From: Macrostomum lignano
Lineage: Eukaryota
Reading direction: 5' to 3'
Assembly (NCBI GenBank): GCA_002269645.1
Contig: NIVC01000628.1
Location: forward strand, 186,001 to 250,000
Length of the DNA: 64,000 nucleotides
This document shows, piece by piece, positions 11,770 through 22,769 of the stretch. Position 1 is the first letter of the stretch, and every line of letters starts with the position of its first letter. Both the position numbers and the translations under genes were made by a program. Below the pieces are notes generated by a model, which was given only the letters and a program-made list of their open reading frames with translations, made no database searches and was not told the origin of the DNA.

Positions 11770-14150
11770 CCACAGGCATTGCATACAGCACCCATAGACA
11801 TTGCATACAGCACCCATAGACATTGCATACAGCACCCATAGACATTGCATACAGCACCCACAGGCACTGCATACAGCACCCATAGATATTGCATACAGCA
11901 CCCACAGGCACTGCATACAGCACCCATAGACATTGCATACAGCACCCATAGACATTGCATACAGCACCCATAGACATTGCATACAGCACCCATAGACATT
12001 GCATACAGCACCCATAGACATTGCATACAGCACCCATAGACATTGCATACAGCACCCATAGACATTGCATACAGCACCCACAGGCACTGCATACAGCACC
12101 CATAGATATTGCATACAGCACCCACAGGCACTGCATACAGCACCCATAGACATTGCATACAGCACCCAGACATTGCATACAGCACCCATAGACATTGCAT
12201 ACAGCACCCATAGACATTGCATACAGCACCCATAGACATTGCATACAGCACCCATAGACATTGCATACAGCACCCATAGACATTGCATACAGCACCCACA
12301 GGCACTGCATACAGCACCCATAGATATTGCATACAGCACCCACAGGCACTGCATACAGCACCCATAGACATTGCATACAGCACCCATAGACATTGCATAC
12401 AGCACCCATAGACATTGCATACAGCACCCATAGACATTGCATACAGCACCCATAGACATTGCATACAGCACCCATAGACATTGCATACAGCACCCATAGA
12501 CATTGCATACAGCACCCATAGACATTGCATACAGCACCCATAGACATTGCATACAGCACCCACAGGCACTGCATACAGCACCCATAGATATTGCATACAG
12601 CACCCACAGGCACTGCATACAGCACCCATAGACATTGCATACAGCACCCATAGACATTGCATACAGCACCCATAGACATTGCATACAGCACCCATAGACA
12701 TTGCATACAGCACCCATAGACATTGCATACAGCACCCATAGACATTGCATACAGCACCCACAGGCACTGCATACAGCACCCATAGACATTGCATACAGCA
12801 CCCATAGACATTGCATACAGCACCCATAGACATTGCATACAGCACCCACAGGCACTGCATACAGCACCCATAGATATTGCATACAGCACCCACAGGCACT
12901 GCATACAGCACCCATAGACATTGCATACAGCACCCATAGACATTGCATACAGCACCCATAGACATTGCATACAGCACCCATAGACATTGCATACAGCACC
13001 CACAGGCATTGCATACAGCACCCATAGACATTGCATACAGCACCCATAGACATTGCATACAGCACCCATAGACATTGCATACAGCACCCATAGACATTGC
13101 ATACAGCACCCATAGACATTGCATACAGCACCCATAGACATTGCATACAGCACCCATAGACATTGCATACAGCACCCATAGACATTGCATACAGCACCCA
13201 TAGACATTGCATACAGCACCCACAGGCACTGCATACAGCACCCATAGATATTGCATACAGCACCCACAGGCACTGCATACAGCACCCATAGACATTGCAT
13301 ACAGCACCCATAGACATTGCATACAGCACCCATAGACATTGCATACAGCACCCATAGACATTGCATACAGCACCCATAGACATTGCATACAGCACCCATA
13401 GACATTGCATACAGCACCCACAGGCACTGCATACAGCACCCATAGACATTGCATACAGCACCCATAGACATTGCATACAGCACCCATAGACATTGCATAC
13501 AGCACCCACAGGCACTGCATACAGCACCCATAGATATTGCATACAGCACCCACAGGCACTGCATACAGCACCCATAGACATTGCATACAGCACCCATAGA
13601 CATTGCATACAGCACCCATAGACATTGCATACAGCACCCATAGACATTGCATACAGCACCCACAGGCATTGCATACAGCACCCATAGACATTGCATACAG
13701 CACCCATAGACATTGCATACAGCACCCATAGACATTGCATACAGCACCCATAGACATTGCATACAGCACCCATAGACATTGCATACAGCACCCATAGACA
13801 TTGCATACAGCACCCACAGGCATTGCATACAGCACCCACAGGCACTGCATACAGCACCCATAGACATTGCATACAGCACCCATAGACATTGCATACAGCA
13901 CCCATAGACATTGCATACAGCACCCACAGGCACTGCATACAGCACCCATAGACATTGCATACAGCACCCACAGGCACAGCATACAGCACCCATAGACATT
14001 GCATACAGCACCCACAGGCACTGCATACAGCACCCACAGGCATTGCATACAGCACCCACAGGCATTGCATACAGCACCCACAGGCACTGCATACAGCACC
14101 CACAGACACTGCATACAGCACCCACAGGCACTGCATACAGCACTCACAGG
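11770..14150. repeat. 22-bp satellite (cagcacccatagacattgcata), ~108 copies
   Basis: Period 22; open in all three minus-strand frames. Confidence 0.97.
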
Positions 14151-14559
14151 CACTGCAGCAGCCACACGTCGCACTAAGTTTTAGGAAGCCAATGCAGAAA
14201 GTGCAGTGCCATCACCCAGGCCCTCAAGACGCCGTCCCATCCCCAGACACGCAGGAATTTCCGAGCCCAATTGCCAGTCTGTATAGGAAAATATAATTTA
14301 ACCCCAGGGAAGATACACAGCATATAAAGTGGCATTTTAGCATTCAAGCATAGCATAGCTTAACAGCAAGGAGGGTGGCGGAGGAGAATGAGATCATCAT
14401 GTTTTTAATTCTGCCTTCAAGTCACTGGCTCTTGCCGCGTCCGCTATATAATCGTAAGTGCGTAGCTTAAGTGGCGCCGATAAAAGTACGGCTGCAAAAT
14501 ACTGGGCCGTGGATTTTTAACAGAAATGCACACGCTCTTCCAAAACGTCCCGTTCCACT

Positions 14560-14968
14560 AAACATCCGAAATACCCCCACGAAACATTTGAAACACCCCC
14601 GCATTAAACATCCGAAATACCCCACAATAAACGTCCGAAATACCCCACACCAAACATCCGAAATACCCCACACCAAACATCCGAAATACCCCACAATAAA
14701 CATCCGAAATACCCCACACTAAACGTCCGAAATACCCCACACCAAACATCCGAAATACCCCACAATAAACATCCGAAATACCCCACAATAAACGTCCGAA
14801 ATACCCACACCAAACATCCGAAATACCCCACAATAAACGTCCCAAATACTCCACACCAAACATCCGAAATACCCCACAATAAACACCCAAATACATCACA
14901 ATAAACATCCGAAATACCCCACACTAAACACCCGAAATACCCACACTAAACACCCGAAATGACCCACA
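14560..14968. repeat. ~23-bp tandem repeat (aaacatccgaaataccccacac) starting at the CYLD-like exon 1 donor
   Basis: Direct inspection. Confidence 0.9.
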
Positions 14969-14973
14969 CTCAC

Positions 14974-15548
14974 TCCCTGAGATCCGCCACGATCTCTCTG
15001 CGCAGGCAGTTCTGAATCGCGCAGAATTTCTCAGGGTCGCCCGGCCGCCGCGGCCGCTCCAGCAGAGGCCGGTAGGGCGAGCCGGGCAGGGCGAACATGG
15101 CCACCAGCAGGGCGTCCAGAAACGACGAGTCCGTGTGGCCCTGAATGCCCCGACCGCGGCCGGTGACCGGCATAGGCCAGTCCTCCTCATCGTCGTAGTC
15201 TTCGTCATCAGTGGCATCGTCGTCCTCGACATCGCTGGAGCAGCGGTCGCCGTCCTGCTGGCTGGTCGGCGGCCAACTTGCCGACGGTGCAGCCTGCACT
15301 ACCGGAAAAGCCGCGGCCCCGGCACTGGCCGTGGAAGCGACAGGCGGGAAGCTTTTGCCGCCAGTAGAGCGCATCTGCACAAAGTGCAGCGGATTCTCCA
15401 GCGTTCGCAGGGGCCGCTGCAGCGGGTTGGTCGGGTTCAGGGTAGTGTACTTGTACATGGCCGCCTCTCGCTCCGAGATCACCTCCGTGTGGCTGACTGG
15501 CGAGCGTTGGCCGTCGCCCAGCGTCACCAGCGTGTATTTGGTTGCCAT
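14974..15548 (-). CDS. CYLD: CYLD-like USP-family pseudo-deubiquitinase, coding exon 1 (low-complexity/acidic N-terminus plus Cys box)
   Basis: RGIQGHTDSSFLDALLVAMF...LRREIVADLR matches the CYLD Cys box [20 protein letters not shown]...LRTEIVNPLR. ATG at 15548; donor GA|GTGAGT at 14974/14973 (phase 2). Confidence 0.85.
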
Positions 15549-15774
15549 GGAGACTATATATGCTCATAAATCGAAGATTCACGCCTTGTACTATTCTTGA
15601 GAAGTTGCATATGCTCTTCGCTAACCATTTTGGCATAAATAGGTGAAAAATATGAAATCAAATTGACCAATCGGCGTAACCGACCAATAGCAGCTGCATG
15701 ATGATCAGCTCGTTTAAATCATTTGATGGGCTACAACTGCTACTGTCAGCGAGCAGTAGTATAATGTGCACGCT

Positions 15775-15860
15775 GGGGTGCCGTAGCCCAGTGGTCTAGC
15801 GCGGCGCTCTGATGTGCCAGAGGCCCAGGCTCGATTCCAAGTGCAGTCACATTAATTTGG
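15775..15860 (+). mobile_element. tRNA-derived SINE head (degenerate)
   Basis: A-box-like TAGCCCAGTGG and B-box-like GCTCGATTCC; no clean acceptor stem seen. Confidence 0.45.
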
Positions 15861-16440
15861 GGCTAAATTGGAATCTCGGCTTGGCTCTGCTCGTGCAATT
15901 AACGGCCTTGAGGGCCACCCCCCCCCCAAGGCACAGTGAAGTGTACATGCCTAACGATAGATAAAGTTAGGGCCGCTGTACGTATGTGCGTTATTTATTT
16001 AGAAATTTAAGTACTTTTGATGCACAAAACACTTTTGGTGTCAAAGAGCCAAAATTTGTACTTTTTTGTAGAATCCACTGTCCAAGAAGGGCATGATTGA
16101 CAAATAAATCAAGGGATTTTTCACGATCGCTTTTGTTTTTATTTTGAATGCGAAGAAAATTGCAGTTCGATGGGAAACTCAAGGAATTTAATATAGTTAG
16201 TCCTGAATAAAAAGCGGCTATATAAATGACAAACAGAATTAAGGGAATCGATTTAAATCAAGATTTCAGCTCGTAACAGCTTAAAAGTTCGTAAACCAGA
16301 AAGATTTTAATCACTAAAAATTTTGCTTATTAGACTTGAAAACTATAACAAGAGTTAATTATGAAAGAAGCGAATTTAAGACAGTTTTTCCAACATGAAG
16401 TTAGTTTTTAGGCGGCAAAAACAGACCGACAAACACTGGT

Positions 16441-16539
16441 TTAACCGTTGACCAAGGCTTTCAGTTTGCCCTGGTCAGCCAAAGCTTTGGTCTCCGTGCC
16501 GCCGCCGATGTACTTGCCGTTAATGAAAACTTGGGGAAC
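16441..16539 (-). CDS. GLRX: Dithiol glutaredoxin, exon 2
   Basis: Acceptor ttcgcag|GTT; VPQVFINGKYIGGGTETKALADQGKL...* completes the TVP and GG glutaredoxin motifs; 102 aa in total. Confidence 0.92.
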   Translation of the reverse strand, partial: VPQVFINGKYIGGGTETKALADQGKLKALVNG

Positions 16540-16619
16540 CTGCGAACGTGCAGTAGTATGTTGTGATCATGGGACAGTAGTATGATGCGACTGAAACTAT
16601 GTAAGTGTCTGCGCCCTTA

Positions 16620-17200
16620 GAATGATTTCAGTGCTGGACTCGGGGCGATTCTCAGTGGACTCAGGGGGGCGGTTCTCAGTGGACTCGGGGGGGGGGGCGA
16701 TTCTCAGTGGGCTCAGAGGGCGATTCTCAGTGGACTTGGGGGGGGAGGGCGATTCTCAGTGGACTCAGGGGGGGACGATTCTCAGTGGACTCAGGGGGGG
16801 GGGGCGATTCTCAGTGGTCTCAGGGGGGAGGGCAATTCTCAGTGGACTCATGGGCAGAGCGATTCTCAGTGGGCTCAGGGGGAGGGCGATTCTCAGTAGA
16901 CTTAGGGGGCCGAATCTCAGTGGACTCAGGGGAAGGGCGATTCTCAGTAGACTTAGGGGGCCGAATCTCAGTGGACTCAGGGGAGGGCGATTCTCAGTAG
17001 ACTCAGGGGGAAAGCGATTCTCAGTAGACTCAGGGGGAAAGCGATTCTCAGTAGACTCAGGGGGAAAGCGATTCTCAGTAGACTCAGGGGGAGGGCGATT
17101 CTCAGTAGACTCAGGGGGGAGGGCGATTCTCAGTAGACTCAGGGGGGAGGGCGATTCTCAGTAGACTCAGGGGGCCGAATCTCAGTGGACTCGGGGAAAT
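16620..17200. repeat. ~27-30-bp G-rich tandem repeat in the glutaredoxin intron
   Basis: gggcgattctcagtggactcagggg units. Confidence 0.9.
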
Positions 17201-17313
17201 TTTCAGTGTTGGATTTGCAGGCAATTCATTGAGTCACTGAGATCACAGACTCTAGCTAAGCAATGTATGCGTGTAAGATTTCAGCCTACACTCAAGGACA
17301 GTCAGTAACTTAC

Positions 17314-17523
17314 TGTGCGCGACTTGGTCATGCTGCACAGAGTGTCCTGAATGTTGCTACAGTCCTTCCGTTTTTCGATCTCTTCCACAGTGTATGCAAT
17401 TCCACAGCTGTCAAGCGCCTTTTTAGCCATGGTGCAGAAGGGGCAACTGGACTTAGAAAACATCATTACTTTGTTTGAGGCAATCTTCTCTTCAATCCAG
17501 TTACGGGTATCTCCACTGGCCAT
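17314..17523 (-). CDS. GLRX: Dithiol glutaredoxin, exon 1
   Basis: MASGDTRNWIEEKIASNKVMMFSKSSCPFCTMAK (CPFC active site); donor ACA|GTAAGT. Confidence 0.92.
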
Positions 17524-17938
17524 GGTTGCTATTTTCTGTGAGCAAAGAAATTTTGTAATTTAAGACAGACAGTAGAGATAGTATATTGTGATTATTTAAT
17601 AATTGAAATATTAAAAAATTAGCTATAGTTTAGGAAGCATAAAGAAATTTATAAAATTATAGATTCTTTAAGGTACATTGGATCCTCAATTCTTTATTTC
17701 AAGTTTTTGTTTTCAATTTTTACAACTTCTAAACTTCCTAGATAAATATTAAAAAAACTCAACAGCCTTACAAACACATAATAAGAATTTTTGCAGTATA
17801 AAAGTTTTCTAAGTTGTCAATAACCAGATGGGCTACACTGAGTTCTCAATGTGGGCACAATTTCACTCATAGCAAAGTTCCAAGTACTTTACAAAATGGC
17901 TTCTAGCTGTAGCCTGAAGCATTTTAACCTGTAGGCCC

Positions 17939-18177
17939 TATAACTTTTGCTGACACATTTCTAGACACATCTTCCAATACTTTTTAATACTTTAAATGTT
18001 GCTTAGAGCTAAGTCATGTATATGTATATCAATTAATGCAAATGACATGCAACACAACTGATATACTGCAGGCTACTGCAGTACTATAACAAACATACAT
18101 GGACAAATGTACATGAATATAATACATATACATGGATATTGGAAGATGTGTCTAAAAATGTGTTGGCAAAAGTTATA
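17939..18177. mobile_element. Small MITE-like element
   Basis: ~41-bp imperfect TIR: tataacttttgctgacacatttctagacacatcttccaata versus its reverse complement at 18137-18177. Confidence 0.55.
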
Positions 18178-18732
18178 CAGGTAGGCCTAGCACTTTGCAT
18201 ATTATCAAAGTAATATGTAAATTAATGCAAATTAATGAAAATTATAATTTGCATTATAAATATGGCACTTATAAAATATTACTTATACTAAAAAAACTTA
18301 TACACTTATACCATAAGTTATAGCACCATAAAAATAACTTACAACTAACTTTTAGCCTATATTTTAAGTTATTTTTATTTTATATATCCAATTGTACCAT
18401 AAACAAAAAGATTTAAAGAGCACATTACAATTTGAAAGTGCTCATATTAAGAACTTTATTTAGCCCATCAGGTTATTGACAACTTAGAAAACTTTTATAT
18501 TACAAAAATACTTGTATTGTAGGGCCTATTCTTTAAGTTTAGGGCTTATTAAGTTAAATTAATGTTTCTATATATACATATATATAATAGTTATTTATTT
18601 TAAGCTTAAAATTGTTCAGTTACTTATGTACCACTAATAAATAAAAATCATTTGACTTTTCTATCAGTTTCCCTATTATAACAATAAAATAAGACTCAAT
18701 TCATTAACATTAAGCAATTAGGCCCTAGATAG

Positions 18733-19312
18733 AATTAATTGGCAATAGTGCAGTTTTGTTTGCAAAATTATTTCCTGTTTAAATTTGAAAGTTCGAAACC
18801 AGAAAACAATAACAACAATGTTTTAAACCGTTCTAATGACTGTGTCAGAGCTCACTGGTCACGGAACTTTTAAAGCAAATGGGCACTCTATTAATATACT
18901 TTTTTCATTAAATCTGTGCCACACTCGAATGCTACTTGAAACACAAGTTGTCTATGGAAAAATAGTTTAAAAAATCGAAAGGGGCTCAAGTGAGGGGGGC
19001 TTGAACTGTTTCCCTTTAGCTGAGAAGCTGCTAATATCTGCTTTTTCTTTTGGACAACATATTGTATCATGGCTAGACAACCACCAAGACCCTCATGGAT
19101 AATTCCGCCGAATGAAGTGCTGCTAGCGAATGCTCTACTACCGCAACTAGAGCTAAATGCGCGTGATCCAATGGCTGCCACGGTCTCTGCCAGAATCGTT
19201 AGACTGGTTTAAAACATCAATTTTTATTGTTGTTATTGTTTTCTGGTTTTGAACTTTCAAATTTAAACAAAAAATAATGTTGCAAATGAAACTGCACTAT
19301 TGCCAATTAATT
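18733..19312. mobile_element. MITE-like element with ~110-bp imperfect TIRs
   Basis: aattaattggcaatagtgcag... / ...ctgcactattgccaattaatt, flanked by TAG on both sides. Confidence 0.65.
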
Positions 19313-20015
19313 TAGGTACATAAATTTATATAAAAATACATAATAGTGCTTTGATTTTATCAATATCCTTTATTTATTAGTTTTAACTAATAAATAAGGT
19401 TAGGAACCAACTTAGTCTTAGACAGATTAGAAATCAAATAAATAATTTTAAAAATAAAAGGCTTATCTAGTAAAAAGCTAACAAAATAAATTTAAATAAT
19501 TTTAGGCTTTAGCAAGCTTTCAGATATTTTTATATTGCTATAATGATCAACTAATAATCAATCCTCATGCATTTTTTGCTATCTACCAATTAAAAAAGTA
19601 ACAAGCAAAAATACTAAACATGGCATTCTCTACATTCCCCAACCAATTAAACCCATGCCCATCCCATAGATTCTAATCCTAATTTGCAAGTTAGAAAGTT
19701 AGATTAGGCCTAAACATGAATATAAATCCAAACCAAAGGCAAAATTTGATCCACATTTAAAGAAATGCATAGGCCTATGCCTATTCAATTAAACCATTTT
19801 CAAAGTTAAAATGACCTACTCACTCTACTGCTGGTAGGTAATAAAATACTAAGGCCAAGTACAAATTTAAATTAATAATATAAGCATGCTGAGCATATAA
19901 GGCATCACTTAGTAAACAGAAACACCCAAACACAGTCGCTAAAGAATAACTTGACAACGTCAGACTAAATACTGACTATCAGACTGATCCTCTGCCCCCA
20001 TATCGTATAGTATAC

Positions 20016-20780
20016 ATGTGTGGGTTCCCCGACAGATATTCACCCGACAGATATTTTTTCTTCGGGCAGATAATTCAAACAAAAAATGAATTTATGTTTC
20101 GGGATACATTTCTTACTCTGACGCCATATTCAGCTTTAAAAATTTGTAAGCAGAATTTTTCTGACCCAAAGAATAAAAAATTGGCATGAATGCAAAGTGT
20201 GTCAAAAGACGAATTCATTGGCACCCCTAACAAACACATTTTGGAAGCAAATATCTCGGGAAATACAAAAGGGAATCATGTGTCTAAGATGTCATTGCAA
20301 AGCTGAGACATGCGTCAAGAAGTGATAAAAGTTTCAAGCAAATGATTGAAGCATTGAGACGCAGCGATAAATCAAAGTTTTGGTTTATCTTGGTTGAAGA
20401 TCGTTGATCAACAAAAACTTTGATTTATCGCTGCGTCTCAATGCTTCAATCATTTGCTCTGAAACTTTTATCACTTCTTGACGCATGTCTCAGCTTTGCA
20501 ATGACATCTTAGACACATGATTCCCGTTTGTATTTCCCGAGATATTTGCTTCCAAAATGTGTTTGTTAGGGGTGCCAATGAATTCGTCTTTTGACACACT
20601 TTGCATTCATGCCAATTTTTTATTCTTTGGGTCAGAAAAATTCTGCTTACAAATTTTTAAAGCTGAATATGGCGTCAGAGTAAGAAATGTATCCCGAAAC
20701 ATAAGTTCATTTTTTGTTTGATTTATCTGCCCGAAGAAAAAATATCTGTCGGGTGAATATCTGTCGGGGAACCCACACAT
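20016..20780. mobile_element. Foldback element / near-perfect palindrome
   Basis: Arms 20016-~20381 and ~20415-20780 are reverse complements with ~4 differences; ~33-bp spacer. Confidence 0.85.
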
Positions 20781-21177
20781 ATCGTATACTGAAAATCGCT
20801 TTCAAGTCGATTTTAAACCACCTGTAACTTGAACAACAACATATTGCACGCAAGAAAATTAAAATACAATAAGATATTAAATACAATAGAAAAAAATTAA
20901 CTAGTACAAGCTTAGCTTACTGCTTGTTAAGACAACTAATAAACAAATTTAATTTGGTCTTGTTTTACTATAATAAATCAGAACATAGCGACCAGATTTT
21001 GTTTACTTTGAAAATTCAGTACCGTTACGGCTATTTAATCTGCGCAGCTTTTTTGTGTTTGTGTGTATTTTTATTTGAAATTTAATAGTTATTGGAGAAG
21101 AGCTAGTTATTTATATTTGCCATTTTTTTATTTGTTAGCCTTATTTTTGGGCTACTTGCCCTACCACAACATAAAAT

Positions 21178-21231
21178 ATGGCAAAGGCATCAATTTGTGG
21201 CCCTGTAGTAACAAATTTGACTGGAAGCTGG
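21178..21231 (+). CDS. CIMIP7: C3orf84/CIMIP7-like HDNR protein, probable exon 1
   Basis: MAKASICGPVVTNLTGSW then GTAGGT, phase 0. Joining gives GSW|FPSGYYGH, similar to human C3orf84 GSWHNNGFYGH (recalled). Confidence 0.55.
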
Positions 21232-21399
21232 GTAGGTATTATTTCACTGCCTTTTTATGACGTTTTCTATATATTTTTACTTTTAATATTAAATTTTAAT
21301 ACAGCCATACATGCCTGTGCATTTATTTACTTGTATTTGTAATCACAGTACATATTATTCAGAGTAGAAACTAAAACTGTTAATATGGTATGATGAAAT

Positions 21400-21557
21400 A
21401 AGCTAGCCATGGCATGGATGCCTAGCCATGGATGCTTGCTGTCTTGGGATGTTTTCTTTTTAGAGGAAATGTCTGTTGTTTTTTCGTTATCTCTTTGTTA
21501 CTTGTAAAGAACAAATATTCTATCCAGATGTCCCCCATCAGGGGCGAAAATTGCTAG
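21400..21557 (+). mobile_element. Helitron-like 3' end fragment
   Basis: Homologous to 26290-26447 (ttgttacttgtaaagaaca...tctatccagatgtcccccatc...attgCTAG|T). Confidence 0.55.
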
Positions 21558-22769
21558 TTTTATCTATTTTTATTAGCTTTAGTTATAATTCAAATTTGCA
21601 GCTTAGATTATATAGAAAGGCATGTCTAATTAAATACCATTAGTAGATAAGTTGGCAACACAATTTGACAGCAAACAAAATGATTGGAACCCCTTGCTAT
21701 TGGCTTTCTTTGGCATAAGATTAGGATAGACTAGTAATCAGCACCCTCTGTTAGTGTTGGGGAGCCAGAGTACAAGTTGTTTTTAATAAACTACATGTAG
21801 CATCTCTTTGCAATATTCCTTAGTAGTCCTTTGTAAGCCTTGACATGTTAGCAATTCCCCCCACAAGCTTTAACATATCAACTCCCCCCTTTGAAATCTC
21901 AGCGATACCCCCATAAGCCTTTTAATCTTAAAAAAATCAGTCAATGTTCTAACCCTAACCCTAGCCTGACCCCCATAGTCAAGAAGGTGGCAAGTGCATG
22001 CAGGAATCAATTTATGGAAAAATCCTTGGTGCACGCCAATGTATGCCAATTTTTTAAAACCCTTAACATGACGTTTCTATTGCATGCCAAAAATCTTGAA
22101 TACCAAAAATCAAGATTTTTATTCTATATTGACAATGTATTTGCATTCTTGATTTGAATATTAACCATATCCTATATACTAAAAATGAGTTGTCTGTGGG
22201 TATGCGATAGATTTCAGAAAAATTGGCTCAACCGATTTTCTTCAAACTTGCACCATTCGATCAGAAATTTTCCTGGGACGGTACATGCATCTTGGCTAAG
22301 AAATTGCTCAATGTTAAAGGGATTAAATATTCGAAAAACATGCTTTTTTTGCAAAGGTCAAGCAGCTCTTTCAACCTGAAATGCATTGTAAGAATGCTAG
22401 AGAAAAAACTGACTGACTGAATTCCGATTGTGATAAAGATTGCATCACAACAAGTTGAAAACAGTGCCAAAGAAATGCACACACGACTTGATTGAAATTG
22501 CGTAACCATATTGCTAACTTTAATTGAGACTGATTCTGGCTGACTGAGAAATTGATTATGTCATAACTTTTTACTCCAATTGACTTGCTGTAAGAATTGA
22601 ATTATAAGGGCCACAATTCATGTTCTCCAATTGAAAAGAGATAGCCCTGATGCGAACAGACTGGAATGCTAATGTAGCGACCTGGGTTCGAATCTTAGTA
22701 GTGCAAAAAGATTTTTTTTATTAAAACACCTTAAAAACACAACAAAACTGCTAAACATCAAAGAAGCGC

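Noticed and set aside
11563-14174. Three 800+ aa Cys-rich ORFs (metallothionein- or keratin-like appearance)
   Set aside because: All three minus-strand frames are open only because the 22-bp satellite lacks stops; no domain or splice support, and they lie in a CYLD-like intron.
18891-19181. 96-aa ORF with a transit-peptide-like start
   Set aside because: Inside a MITE-like element, with no recognisable domain or splice support.
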